Of a DNA stretch of 64,000 nt, positions 35,301-48,812 are shown in pieces. The stretch covers positions 25,792,001-25,856,000 of the forward strand of contig NC_059436.1 of NCBI RefSeq assembly GCF_021028975.2. The letters run 5' to 3'. Each line of letters opens with the position of its first letter. Positions within the stretch are counted from its first letter, which is position 1. The notes below the pieces were generated by a model. It did not search any database. It had not been told where the DNA came from and saw only the letters and a list, made by a program, of their open reading frames with translations. The position numbers and the translations under genes are program-made. The stretch comes from Sphaerodactylus townsendi. Lineage: Eukaryota.

Positions 35301-38189
35301 GGGCTGGGAAGGGGCCGAGCCATGCTCAGGTCTTAGGAGGAAGCTGGATAGGGAAAATCCTGGTGGCAAGCCATAGGAGCTAGTAGTGAGCTCCATGTGA
35401 CCTGTGCCCTGGAGCATGTGAACAAACTGTGACAATGAGAGGCAAGGTTACTTCAGAACATGTGCAAAGTGCCCTTTCATTCCATGGGAACCCAGGATTA
35501 AAGGGGAGCCTCTCTCCCAGGGAGCTTTAGAGTAACTTCTGTTCCCCTGAGTCTGCTGGTTGGGAAGGGGTGTGCCTATCATCATGACCCTTGTCTGGCT
35601 CTGGGAGTGTGAAGGGGAGCTGGGGGGCTCAGCGCCTGCCCCCAGCCGGGGCCTGGAGGAGGAGTTTGTCATCCCAAGCAAAGGACATCCAGAGAGGGTC
35701 CATCGGGTCCAGCGTCCTGCTACGTGCAGTGACCAACCACTTCCTCAGGAGGTCCAACCAACAGCGCAGAGAGTCCGAGGTCTTCCCCCAAGGTGGCCTC
35801 CTGGCCCTCAGACTCAGCAATTTGGTGCCTCTGAATGTTGGAGGTTCCCTGCAGTCACCGGGGCTAGACCCTTCTTCCAAGAATCTGCCACTCTTAAAGC
35901 TGTCTTGGCAATCACTACCTTCTCTGGCCGCATTTTGACCACTTGTTAAGAAGCATATCCCTTTGTCCACCCTGAATCAACTGCCGACTAACTTTATTGC
36001 ACGCCCTCAAGGTTTTTGGGATTTAGAGAGAGGGAGAGAAGACGTTCAGTGCCTCCCTCTCCGCCTCATGCATGATTTTATAAACCTTTTGCCTACCCCC
36101 GACCCCCAACTGTCATTTCTCTACCCTGCTGCAATGCTCAAGACTCTCCAGCCCTTTCGTCACAGGGAAGGTGCTTCAACCGCTTGGCCATCTCGGTTGC
36201 CTTCCTCTGTCCTGTTTCCATCTTTATTTTTGGGCAGGAGGCAGGGCAAAGGCCACAGAGGACTGCCTGCTCACTGCCCTGCAGATGGCTCACCCCAGGG
36301 CACCAGCCCTCCTCCCCCCTCTCCCAAGATGGGTCAGCCTCAGGGGGGCGGGGCGGGGAGTGGGCACTGCCTGGGACTCCGCCCGTAGCCTGCAGGGGCT
36401 CCCTGAGGAAACACGTGATCTTGAGGTTCATATTTAAAACGTTTGTCCCTTCCTTGCCTTTGAGCCAATATAAGCCCCAAAGGTGGCTAATAAATAATAG
36501 TTAATCTGTATTTTATGTATTTGAGCTGTTTACATCCCATCTTTTCCATTAGCCAAAGGGCACTTACAGCCGTGAGCACGATGCCCACACAGTTAAAAAA
36601 GCATCGCATGAAAATACAGGATGGAACCATGGACCCAGCAAAACCAACACAGACACAAAGGAACTTTTAAAAGAGCAAGCATTAAACCATTAACAATGAA
36701 ACAGTCAAAGCTAACAAATGCTCATCACAAGGTCAGACTCAGAGATGTAGATCAGGCACAGAGTTGGGATTTTGGGCTCTTTACAGGGGAAGCCCAAAGG
36801 CTCTGTGGAAGGGGACCCTTTTCTCAGGTGCCATCAAGTGGATTCCAATTTAGAGCAACCCAGTGAATCAATGTCCTTCAAAATGGACAGTTTTTATTGG
36901 GCAGCAAAATGCAGTCAAGAAGGGGCGAGGTGGGCAGGGAGTGTCCTACCTGGCCTGGGTGCTGCTATCCTAAAGGGCCATTCTTGAGCAGCAGGCAGGC
37001 AGGCAGGCAGGCAGGCAGGAGTGGTGCTGAGAGGCAGTGGCACCCAGTGGAGGCCTGGGAGGCAGGTTAGTGTGCTGGGGAAGGGTGACCACGGAGGACT
37101 TTCCAGGCTACCATCAGGGCTTGAGATGGGGTTCAGGCCAGGGCCAGACTGGCACAGAACAGGCTCACCTCAGTTAACCCGTGGGATGCTGTGGTCTGTC
37201 GCTTCCAGACATTCTCCCAAGGCAACCCCGCAAGGAGTCTGCCAAGCCATGGCCTCTTGTCATGAGCCAGTGCGGCGTGGGGGTTGGGGATCTGGGTGAA
37301 GATCTGAAAGGCCCTGGTTCAAATCCCTGCTGTGCCCTGAGGCTTGCTGGGTGATCTTGCCCCAGTTATACTCTTGGCCGAACCTGCTTCACAGGGTTGT
37401 TGTGAGCATAAAACTGCAGAGGTCAGAACCAACACCCACCACTCCGAGCAGGTCCTTGGAAGAAGAGTGAGATTAAAACGAACTCAACGGGTCATGCCCA
37501 GAATAGCATATTCCATTTGGCCAGGAGCCGGAAGCGCCTTCGTCGGCCTCCAGGTTTTCTCCAGAAGAGGGAATTCAGCCGACAGGGCGTGGAGTTGTGC
37601 AGACTATCCTCAACAGGCCTCACAGCTCCTGGGATCTCAGCCTCCTCTCCAAGATGCGGAGGCAGGGAAATACTCACAAACACGTCCAATGCACACGGTC
37701 TGCTCTGGGTGCGTTTCTTTTTCACACCTGTATCCAAAGGGGCCAGCACTGGCAACAGGTGCGTTTTCAGGCCTTAGACTTAATGGGTCGTGGTGTGGGG
37801 GAAAACGCTGCATGTTCCGTCAGTGTTGGCAGAACAGCATTTCTCCTCCTGGCTGGGCTCCAACCTCCGTCTTGTCTCTCATTTCAGGAAAGGAACCCAC
37901 CAGCTTCCTTGGTCTGGTGCTGGGCCTCAGCCTCTCCCTCTTCATCTTGGGTATCCTTGGCTATGCCTTGGCTAGGTGGTGTCGGGAAGGACCGTTCTGG
38001 CACAGTAAGTCCGCACAGACAGACTCCCTCCCTACTGGGGGCCAATCAGGATTCTTTTGAATCTTAACTTTGCACAGCTGGTACGCAGTTTGAGGCAGAC
38101 CACACAATGCCTTGAGTGACTTGTTTAGAATAGTTGGCTTGCCTTCCCCACAGACTGCTTCTTTACAAAAGAAAGAAAGAAAGAAAGAA

Positions 38190-38225
<36 letters not shown>

Positions 38226-39983
38226 AGGAAAGAAAGAAAGAAAGAAAGAAAGAAAGAGAGCTCGAACAGGCTCAGAACGGTACGGGAGCCCCCTCCTTCT
38301 CCCCCCAAGTAGTCTTCTCATGTGAAAACTGTGCTGGGATGCAGTTATTTTGCCATCGCTGCCCCATGTGTGCAGATACTCCACACAGTGTAGCAAGGCT
38401 GGTAAAATAACCTCCCTCATGAGAAGACTGGGGCGGGGGGGGGGGGGGGCCAGGAACTCTTCCGTCCCTCCCCTGGCACTGTTCCAAGCCCACTGGGGAT
38501 TTTGCAAGCGTCTGTCACAACTCAGTAATAAAAGGGTTAACTGTTCGTATGAAGTCACTGTTTAAGACCTGAACTACTGGTTAGCTATTGGTCAGTCAGA
38601 TAGCCTTTGCTTACATGTTAGTGAGCACCTACATCTGAAGTTATAAAGTTGACTCTGTTTCTTTGTTTGAGCAGACACGACACCAGCCCCACCACGAGCA
38701 CAAGGCAGCAGACAGGTACCCAGATGTAGCCAAACGTGCCGTCATGTAGACGTGGAACAGGAAAGAAAGGATTTGACTTTTTTGTAGAGAAGCAGTTTGT
38801 GGGGCCGCAGTTAACACTGGCAAAGAGGTGTAGATGAGCGAAGAAGGGGCCTTTTGGGTCCCTTTGCCTGCAAGTGAGGCCCTTTCTGCTGGGCTGGACA
38901 GTTCCCTCAGCCAGGGTACTACAGAGTGAGGAGTAGACCAGGGCTCAGAGTAGAGGCCAGGCAGAGACAGGTGTTAAGAGTCCGACATGGACTTCTGATC
39001 AGAGATGCTCTATGGGTTTTGTGCTTGAAACTTCAGTCCCAGGGGCGTGGGGCCTGATTAGGGCTGCAACCTGCTAAAATTGGCCATGGGAGGGAGGGGC
39101 CTTGAGCTCCCAACTCCCCCCCCCCCAACACTGCCTCCCGAACTTGAACAACCCTGAGAAGTCCCAGCCCTACACATCTGGGATTCTCCAGCAGGGAAAA
39201 CAGCAATGCCATGGGGCTGTTTCGGGGAGGAAAATGATGCGTATGTGGGGGGAAGGTTAGTAGGCTGAATCCCTCTCTCCCGGCGTGCAACAATCCCAGT
39301 TTGACTTGGGCCCCCAAACCCCTGGGAATGGAGTCCCAAGCATGAGAGTCACAAGGTACATCTGACCCAACCTGCTTGCACTGGGACTGGAGTGCCGACG
39401 CTGTGATTTGTCTCGGCAGGGAAAAGGGGAAGAGGCTGCGGAAAAGATGAGATTGCTGCAGTTCAAGCCCTGGGCATGCAGAGGCAAGGGAGGCCAGAGA
39501 GCGGAGTGCCAATGAAGGGAGATATCCCTGGGGGCCTCCTCAAGCCTGTGGAGAGTGAGGGGGGCCAAGCCTCTTCCCTCCAGTGCTGGCCTCCAGCCAC
39601 GCCATTCCCCATGGCCACGCACCCTGCTCCTCCTCGTCTCTCATGGCCCTGTCTCCCTTTCCCCTTCCAGGGCCATATTTTGTCTTCAACCTCTACCACA
39701 TCCGGTGAGTACACCCACCCCCTCCCTTGAGGCTGGAGCTCCTGCCAAGGGGAGGCTTCCATCTTGCCTCTGCTGCTCTGGTCAGGCAGAGGGAGAGCAG
39801 ACCAGAGAGGCAACCAGCCGCCGGCCTGCCCACAGGGTATCCCCATTGGCACAGGCGCACGCACGGTGTGCAGGGAATTCTTCCTGTTGTGTCCCCTTCA
39901 GCAACCTGAGGTCGGTGGAGCTAGAGGTGCTCCCCCCCTTCACCATCAGTGGCTCAATGTGTGATTCCAGCGCAGCCCCATGA
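31740..39983 (+). CDS. SMIM35: Small integral membrane protein 35, 79 aa; exons 31740-31746, 37888-38004, 39671-39704, 39902-39983
   Basis: cccgccATGACAG|gtagg micro-exon in a CpG island. Spliced product [79 protein letters not shown] matches SMIM35 motifs ([27 protein letters not shown]). The gene is not seen as one ORF in the track. Confidence 0.92.
32420..33455 (+). mobile_element. 5'-truncated, degenerate CR1 LINE (RT C-terminal region and 3' UTR)
   Basis: [55 protein letters not shown], and a 3' end cttccagctccatgattcta. Confidence 0.9.
33885..34410 (-). promoter_or_regulatory. Putative orphan TMPRSS4 promoter and first exon, antisense within SMIM35 intron 1
   Basis: Ordered on the minus strand: CRE TGACGTCA 34399-34406, GC box about 34327-34334, CCAAT 34313-34309, p53/p63-like CATG half-sites 34263-34280, and TATAAA about 34231-34226 overlapping an HNF1-like GGTTAAT. 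Downstream lies ...GGAGATCA..TCAGCCTG|GTAA (donor at 33884), resembling the ATG|GT end of human TMPRSS4 exon 1 as I remember it. Confidence 0.5.
37255..37490 (+). mobile_element. Old tRNA-derived SINE
   Basis: B-box-like ggttcaaatccc, then gctgggtgatcttg and cacagggttgttgtgag core. Confidence 0.6.
38167..38256. repeat. (AAAG)n microsatellite
   Basis: Long AAAG tetranucleotide run in SMIM35 intron 2. Confidence 0.95.
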
Positions 39984-40596
39984 AGGAGGCAGGTAGGACT
40001 GAGCTCCAGCTGCACGTGTCCCCCCCCCCCCCGCACCTCTTCTTTCCCCATGAGGCTGGGATGCCAGCAGCGTCTCCTCTGGCGAGGGTCTCCTTCTCCC
40101 CCTAGGCCAAGGAAGGAGCAGCCATAGGGAAGGGGTGAAGCCATTTGGGCAGGTGGCTTGAGGAGTCCCTTCACCGCTGGTTTCCCAACCCACATAGCTG
40201 CCCAGTCCCACCGGTGTGTGCATGGGACTGTCTTCCACCAGACTGTCTTCCACCAGAGGTGGCATTCCACCTGACACGGCCCCAGACAAGGGGGAGGGCA
40301 CTGCTGGGCATCATGCAACAGAGCCTCTGATTGGGCCTGGTGAGAAAGGGGCAACCCCCCCCCCCCCCCCCCCGGGAACCCTTTTCTGTCTTTCCAGCCT
40401 CCTTTCCTTGGAGCAGGTGGGCGCCAGTCAGCAAAGTCTTCAGCACCTGAGAGATCGACGCATCAGTTGTGGCACCAACGTCCCCAAACTGCCGATCCCA
40501 TCATCGGAGGCGTGAAACGTTGGGTTAAATCTCCAGTTAGGTTTCTATTTAAATATTTATTTATGTATCTTTACTACATGTACCTTCATTCATGGG

Positions 40597-40602
40597 AATA
40601 AA
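40597..40602 (+). terminator. Candidate SMIM35 polyadenylation signal
   Basis: AATAAA preceded by overlapping ATTTA motifs at about 40547-40565. Confidence 0.45.
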
Positions 40603-40869
40603 CAGAAGGGGGGAGTTGTTAGGAATGGTGGGCAAAACATAAGGAATGCCACACTGCAAAGCGCACTGCTGAGGACACAGGATCTGGCCCCGGTCGATTG
40701 GTTCTGGATTGCTCTCTGCTTGGAATGACCTGGTAAAGCACTGACCCCTGCTGGGACCTGCATAAACTGCATGAGGGGAAATAGCTGCTCAGATAGCGGC
40801 CGCCACGGGCCTCACGCAAATGCTTCAAGATCATTCTCTGACTTGGAATTTTTTTGGTAGTTTGATGCG

Positions 40870-43828
40870 AGCCAGGAGATGCGCATATGCTAAATGACAG
40901 TGGCTTAGAGCAGATGGTTGTGGAACCAACCAGGGGAGAGGTGATCCTAGATCAGGGGTATGGAACCTTTAACACTCAAAGAGCCATTTGGACCCATTTT
41001 CCATGGGAAAAGAAAACACAAATAATTTTTGACACTTAAAATAAAGATAACACTAAATATATAGAGTTTTTTTAACCTTTCACTCCACTCATTCTGAGAA
41101 GCGCATGGATGCGCCCGCCCTGCTGCCTGCAGGGCAGGCAAGGATGAAGCTGGCGGCTTGGCCTTGCCGGCCGCCAGGAAAGCACCTGCCCCCGCTCCAA
41201 CGGGGCGGGTGAGAGGGGAAGCCCACGGCGCGGCCCAGCCGACCATGGGCAGTTCAGGTGGCCCTCACTTCCTGCCTGCAGGGCAGGCAGGGGTAAAGCC
41301 AGCGGCTCGGCTAGATGAACCCACAGTGCAAGGGCAGAAGAGCCGCATGTGGCTCTCGAGCTGCAGGTTCCCTACCCTTGTCCTAGATCTAATTCTATGT
41401 GGGACCCAGGACTTGGTGCGGGAAGTCAGTGTTGTTGAGCCGATAAGGAACAGCGACCACAATGCTGTCAGATTTAGTATCTCTGCATGCAAACAAGTGA
41501 CAACTACTAATGTAGTTACATTTGCCTTCAGAAAGGGAAATTTCTCAAAGATGAGGGGGAAAGTGCACAGGAAGCTGAAAGGGAAAATCAAGAGAGTCAA
41601 AACTGTCCAAGATGCTTGGAGGTTATTTAAAAACACAGTCTTAAAAGCTCAGCTGGAATGTGTTCCGCAGGTTAGGAAAGGCAGCGCCCAGTCCAAAAGA
41701 AAGCCACCATGGTTAACAAGGGAGGTTGAGGAAATTGAAAATGAAGATGAAGATGTCTTTTAGAAAATGGAAGTCCAATTTGACTGGGGAGGAATACCAG
41801 AGGGAACACAAATGGTGGCAAAAGAGAAGCAAGTTAGCTGTAAGGGAGGCAAAAAAGGATTATGAGGAATGCATGGCTGCGAACATCAAGACCAGCAACA
41901 AACAGTTCTTCAAGTATATCAAAAGTAGGAAGCCAGCAAGGGAAGCGGTAGGCCCGTTAGATGACAAAGGAACAATGGGTGTGCTAAAAGATGACAGGGA
42001 GATTGCAGAGAAGCTGAATGAATTCTGTGCATCTGTCTTCACCCAAGAGGAGGTGAGGAAAATTCCTGCACCTGAACCATGCTTCTTAGGAGGCGAATCC
42101 GAGGAACTAGTGAAGATAGTGGTAGACAAGGAAGAATTTCTGGCAGCCATTGATAAATTAAATGATACTGAACCCCCTGGCCCAGATTACATTCACCCAA
42201 GAGTTCTTAAAGAGCTCAAGCATGAAATTGCTGATCTTCTCACTTTAATGTGCAACTTATCCCTGAAATCTGCCTCCATCCCTGAAGACTGGAAGATGGC
42301 CAATGTCACACCAATCTTTAAGAAAGGGTCTAGGGGGGACCCAGGAAATTACAGGCCAGTCAGTTTGACATCTGTTCCTGGTAAAATTAGTAGAATCTAT
42401 CATTTAAGATAAAATTATAAAACATGTAGAAAAACAAGACCTGCTGAGGAAGAGTCAGCATGGCTTTTGCAGAGGCAAGTCCTGTCTTACAAACTTACTA
42501 GAGTTCTTTGAGGGTGTAAACAGGCATGTGGATAAGGGGGAACCAGTGGACATTGTCTGCTTGGATTTCCAAAAGGCTTTTGACAAAGTTCCCCATCAAA
42601 GACTATTGAGAAAACTCAGCAATCAAGGAATAAGAGGGGAAGTCCTCCTATGGATTAAAAACTGGTTGAGGAACAGGAAACAAAGGGTGGGTGTAAATGG
42701 GAAGTTCTCGCAATGGAGAGATGTAGGGAGTGGTGTCCCCCAAGGAAAAGTTTTGGGATCAGTGCTCTTTAACCTATTCATAAATGACCTGGAAGTAGGG
42801 GTGGGTAGCGTGGTGGCCAAGTTTGCAGATGATACCAAATTATGTAGGATGGTGAGAACCACAAAAGATTGCGAAGAGCTCCAAGCGGACCTTGATAAAT
42901 TAGGTGAGTGGGCTCAGAAATGGCAAATGCAGTTCAATGTAGCAAAATGTAAAGTGATGCACATAGGGGCAAAAAAATCCAAACTTCACATACATGCTAC
43001 GGGGGTGATTGCTATCAGTCTGTGAACCAGGAAAGGGATTTAGGCATCTTAGTTGATAGTTCCTTAAGAATATCCAACAGTGCATAGCAGCTGTATAAAA
43101 GGCAAACTCCTTCTGGGGATCACATTAGGAAAGAAATTTGATAATAAAACTGCAAAGATTGTCATGCCCTTATATAAAGCAGTGAATGCTGACCGCGCCT
43201 GGAGTACTGTGTCCAGTTCTGGTCGCCGCATCTCAAAAAGGATATTGAGGAGATAGAAAAAGTGCAGAGAAGGGCAACAAGGATGATTGAGGGACTGGAG
43301 CACCTCCCCTATGAGGACAGGCTGCAGCGTTTGGAACTCTTTAGTTTGGAGAGGAGGCGGCTGAGGGGGGATATGATTGAAGTCTACAAAATTATGCATG
43401 GGGTAGAAAATGTTGACAGAGAGAAATTTTTCTCTCTTTCTCACAATACTAGAACCAGGGGGCATTCATTGAAAATGCTGGGGGGAAGAATTAGGACTAA
43501 TAAAAGGAAACACTTCTTCACGCAACGTGTGATTGGTGTTTGGAATGTGCTGCCACAGGAGGTGGTGATGGCCACTAACCTGGATAGCTTTAAAAGGGGC
43601 TTGGACAGATTTATGGGGGAGAAGTCAATCTCTGGCTACCAATTTTGGTCCTTCTTGATCTGAGATTGCAAATGCCTGAGCAGACCAGGTGCTCAGGAGC
43701 AGCAGCAGCAGCAGAAGGCCATTGCTTTCACACCCTGCACATGAGCTCCCAAAGGCCACTGCGAGTAGCAGAGAGCTGGACTAGATGGACTCTGGTCTGA
43801 TCCAGCAGGCTTGTTCTTATGTTCTTAA
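40870..43828 (+). mobile_element. CR1 LINE, 5'-truncated; disrupted ORF2 (end of endonuclease plus RT) and 3' UTR
   Basis: LEQMVVEPTRGEVILDLILCG..SDHNAVRF, PEDWKMANVTPIFKKGSRGDPGNYRPVSLTSVPGK, LDFQKAFDKVPH, GVPQG, KFADDTKL, LFSLERRRLRGDMIEVYKI; several frameshifts; terminal ttcttatgttctta. Confidence 0.95.
40953..41380 (+). mobile_element. Non-autonomous hAT (Charlie-like) element nested in the CR1
   Basis: TIRs caggggtatggaacct / aggttccctacccttg and exact 8-bp TSD tcctagat (40945-40952, 41381-41388). Confidence 0.85.
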
Positions 43829-46800
43829 GGCAGGATTCTTAATACAAGATTTTATCCTTCCATCTTTCTTATAGCCCCTTTTCTACTTTCTCCGCTGTCT
43901 TCTCCCCTGGCCCCCACTTCTGCTCTCCCCCCTCAGCCCAGTTTATCCACTAACAGCCTCCCCAATAGGACCAATGTCTGAACATCAGCAGTGAAACACA
44001 CAACAGGTATGAAAACACAACCCACCCCTCTCCTTTGGGAAGAAAAAAACTACAGGAAGCTCCAATGTGGTCAGATGTTTGTAAAAAAACAACAACCCTG
44101 AAGTCTTTTAGGCAGGTCTGGCAGGAATGACCAGATGCTGGCGCTGAGTTCCAGCATGTGGAGTTCTCCAGTCGTGCCCATCAGACTTTCTAGTCTTGTG
44201 CTGCTTTCTGGGTCTAGGAAGGGCTTCAGAGGTTCCATTTTCTTCCCCCCTTGAAGATAGAAGAATCCCAGGAGAATCTCTTATTTGCCGTTGTCTTGAA
44301 TATCTCGAATGTTTCTTTTCGACCCTGTATGTTAGTTTGACACAAAGTCTCCAGCTTTGAACTTATGAGATGCAGCTTCCTTTGTAAGAGACTGAAGAAC
44401 TGTTTATGTTTACCTTGTTTATTTTTAGCATGTTCAGAACAAGCTGTATCAGGTGACTTATAGGAACTGGAGATTCCGGGCCAAGCTGTTGATCTGGTAT
44501 TGCCTTCTGCCTGTTCAGCAACTCCAAAGGTGACCCACTTGTCTTGGAGGGCGGAGCAGTCCTCTAAGCAAACATCGTCTCCGATGAAACTCCTGGGCAC
44601 AGTTTTGTGCACTGTGGACACTCCTTTGCCAATCTGTTCATTCTCTCAATAAGGCCACTGGCTCTCAGGTGCTCTAGAGGAATGGCTTGTTGTACGTGAG
44701 GCTGCTGGGGTGGAGGTGCATTTCGACAGAGATCAGTCATTCCTGTTGTCTGCCAGGAGCTCTTTAGGGAGCCCTGCCTGGGGGGAAATATTCCTCATAG
44801 GAACCAACTTGCAGTTGCTGCGGGTAGAGCTACCCACACCCACCGACAAAAAAACAAACATGCCACAGCTGTTTCAGGTGACGGCAGCAACTCCCTAACC
44901 CTCCATATTTAGCAAATTAGTCCAGAAACAGATTTATGGGCCTCCCTCTCAAAAGGTCCCCATCTAAACTCCCCCCCACACAAAAAAATCTGTGTTAGCC
45001 TGGCCTGTTGAGCTAAGCCCCTGTTCACTGAGCTCCAGAAATGGAGACCTTGCGGCTGAAGCCTCAGCCCTGACTCCAGTCTCTAACTCACCTTCTACTC
45101 TCTCTCAAAAGATTGGTCCTTACTGATGAAAACTGTATGCTCCTAGGGGTGGGTGCCGCTGCCTCTCAGAGAGTGCTCAAAAGAGCCGGCTGGCTCCCCA
45201 GAAGCCCCACCTCTCAGAAGTTGGAGGCAAGACCCCCCACCCCCCATCACACAAACAAAAGCCCTCACAGGCACTCAAAACATACCAAGATAAAGATATG
45301 GTTTTAAGGCAACCCTTCCCCTCCCCCCCCAAACCCCAGAGTTCACCTTTTGCTCTTTGCTAAGCTTCTTCTGACCGTGCCACGAGATGGCGCCACACAT
45401 GGGAGGAGGTGCCCAAGGATGATCTGCTCATAATTCCTCCCAAGGAACAAGCCAAATAGCAACCAGGAAGGTGACTTTGGGGGAGACTGTGCAGCCTCAA
45501 CACGTTGCCCAAGGAAGTGGCTCTAGAGAGGGCACAATCAACCCAGGGTGGTGGTGGGGGGGCCTTGTAGAGCTGTCGGGGGGGGCCCTGCCTGGGCCTC
45601 CTGGGAAAGGTCGACTAGGTCTTCCTTCGCTGGACGGAGGCGACACGGGACTCACCTCCCAGGAGGCTGCTTGCTGAGAGCAAGTCTGTCGTTTAGCAGT
45701 TCAAAATTGTTTACAGGAACATCTTTATACGTTTGTTAAAGAACTAACTGTGATGACTGTTCATTGTAGAAAAGGTGAGGCTGAAGGCCCCGCTCCAGAG
45801 TTGGGCTGGTGGGGTCTGACCTTCCTGCAGCTGAGAATACAGGCGACCGTGATGTGGAGCGCTCAGCATGCAAACGCCCTCCCAGGGTGTGGCAGCAGTG
45901 AAGAAGGAAGGCTGGAGGGGGTCGGGAAAAGGCTGGAATGAAGCCCCACTAGACCAGGTCAACAACCCAACTAGTCCAGCATCATCTTGTTTCCCATGGT
46001 GACCAACCTCTGCAGGCCAACAGCTGGTACATAGAAGCCAAGCCCCCCCCCCCCATTTGTGCTCCCCAAAAAGTTCAATTCCAGGATGCAATTCAGTGCT
46101 CATTGCTAACAGTCCCCGATGGGCCTCCTTTTAAAGTCATCAAAGCCGGGGGTCACCTCTCCGTCCTGCAGCAGTGAGTTTCCTGGGCTCATGACGGGCA
46201 GTGTGAAGATCAAGCCCTTGATCATCCTGAGGGTGAGACTTGAGTCCAGCAGCACCTTGGAAGCCAGCAAGATTTTCAAGGTGTCAGCTTTCCAAAACAA
46301 AAGTTTCCTTTATCAGATCAAATGACTGCCCTTTTGTGCAGTCATATAGGATAATGAGCCCTTCAGGGGAGGGCAGTATAGAAATATAACCAATAAATAA
46401 AATAATAAATAAATAAAGAAGAAGAACTGGACACTTAGGGTTTTTTAAAAATACGAGTCTGGATTAACAGATTCCCAAGTCTGAACCAACAGAGCGCTTT
46501 CTGTGATCTTGAATTCATCCAAAGATCCACTGCCAGCTAGATGGAGCTGTTTGTGTACCTCAGCACCACACTTCATCCAAGGAAGTTCATTCAGGCTCAT
46601 CAGCATGTAATTTATGCAGAGGGAAACTTACCCAATGATAAAAGTAGTTCAGAGGACAATGAGTTTAAACAGAATGACATCATTCCGGTTTATGGAAGGA
46701 CACTTGGATGCAGGCGGAGGCACCACGGCCAGTCTCTGCCAGGCTGCTCCAGCTGAGGCAGCATTGAAGGAGGGCACAAGTCTGCTGAATTCTTTATCAT

Positions 46801-48806
46801 ATGACTGGAGGAGGCAGCCAAAGCAGGCTCTTGAGTGAGGGGGGAGTTGCCTCTTCCAAGCCAGGTATCGTCCCTCTGAAAAGCAAGCACAACTAGACCT
46901 CAAACTTGGTCCAGCAAAACTGGCTCCCTGCCCTACTATCTTTTCTCTGCAGCTGGTCATCAGCTGAGCCAGATCAGTTTGCTCCAATTTCACGGTCACT
47001 TCTTTACTTGGGCAGCCGCCGCCCATCTCGCCTGCTCAAAATGACTTCTGCCCAGTGTTCCTCATATTGTTTCCAGTACATCCCCACTCTGGTTCGTTTT
47101 TACCTCCACAGGAAATTCCTCCACAGTAGTTCCATTTTCAGTCCCTTTCTTTTAAATCCCCAGCAGGCAATATAACATGTCCAGCCCTTGCTGCCCAACC
47201 AACCCACATGCACACTGACAAAGCCTCTTCATTCACTTCTCTGGCAGGAGTGCAGGGTCATCGCGGGGGCCTGGCCAGAGCCCCCCAGTTTAGGCTCCTC
47301 ACCTTCCAACTGGATCTGCTTCTCCTTCAGGTGGGCTTATTCTGTTCTCCATCATTGTATGCAAAACTGACATGGAACTAATGGTGCCATTATTCTCTGC
47401 CCACGGGGAATTTGAAAATTGTTTTATATTTACTATTTTCTGGTCCTCCATTAGTGCCAATATTGAAAAACCAGTCCTTTTATATTTGAGTGTCTTAAGC
47501 CTTCGTCTGGACTCTCTTAGCTTTTCATTGGCCCATATAACATTATTCTTCCCACTTGACTCAGCTCTTTGGCAGCGCCGCTGAGAACAGCGATTCTGGG
47601 GTTGCCACCTGGCCGTCTATCTCCCAGGCAAAATGTCTCCCTTCTGAGCCACCGTCAGCCCCCAAGAGCCCCGCCATCTTCCCAACAGCTCTCCAGGATG
47701 TGTTCAGCAGGAAGTGTGCGGTCCTGCTCCACAAACCCGCCTTTTGCTTGCTTTCCTGGCAGCTCACATTCACTTTGCCACAGCCTGTGCTTCTGCATTT
47801 GTGGGCTGCATTCTTCATGTGCTCACTTCTTGGTAAATGGCATTGCTGCTTCCCAAGAGATTCGACCCTGTTTGCTCTCCCTTTCAGATTCTGTGTGACT
47901 AGCCCCCTGGTTTTTGGGAAGCCTCTTCTTCCTCCGAAGTCAAATGCAGCTGTGGTGGGCCTCTCAGGCAACCTCCCAGGGACTCATCATAGCGTAAATG
48001 GAGCTTTTCCCAAATGAAGCAACCCTGCTCAGCCAGGACCCAGGCCAGGGCGCCCTTTCGTGAACGGCTATTTGGACTAACAACTCCAGTGCCAATTGAT
48101 GTATGGGATTTAGCCATGTTGTGCATGTAAGTCACCCTGAGAACACTTGGAATTCCCCATTATTATTACATTTCCTGCTTTGGTCCCGCCCTGGGCCATT
48201 TTTTTTTGGCCATCTCTAGAGCACCCTCCGTCTTCTGGACAGGAGAGCAGTCACCATGTCCCCTTTCTGGGGCTGAATCCCCCAGGCCTGGTTATCCTGG
48301 AAAGAGATTCATCTGCTGATGCTTTCTGTCTTATTTGACTGGATGCCCATTCTAACAGTTACAGCAGGTCCCCTCTCCCTGACGGGCTCGATATCTACTG
48401 TCAGGGAGTGCCAGAGCAATCCTGACCAGTGGAGGGGGCCAGTCCCTTTCTCCCCTTTCATCAGAAGACCCTATTTTATCCCCTCCCCTTCTGCAGAGGG
48501 TCCACCGGAAGCAGACTGCTGGCCAAGGCCAGTACCCTGTTGTCATGGTTGGCTGCAGCATCGCTGGTTTCTGGGGACTTCAGCGTTTCCATTGCATGCA
48601 ACGCAGCCTGTCTCAGCATTCCTGAGAATACAGACTGGCCATTCTGGAAGTCCCCCGCCTGCTGAGGTTGCTCCTGGCCATGCAGTCTCCCGCTCTGAGC
48701 CCAGCCTGCCACCTGAGCAGCTCCTCCTTTCCTTGCTCCCCCCCCCCCGCCCCGCCACCAGGGCGGCTCTGCTCAAGGAAGCCAGTGGCATGGAGCATGG
48801 CTGTCT

Positions 48807-48812
48807 TTTATT
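48807..48812 (-). terminator. Candidate IL10RA polyadenylation signal
   Basis: Minus-strand AATAAA about 1 kb past the stop codon, preceded by an AU-rich tract. Confidence 0.55.
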
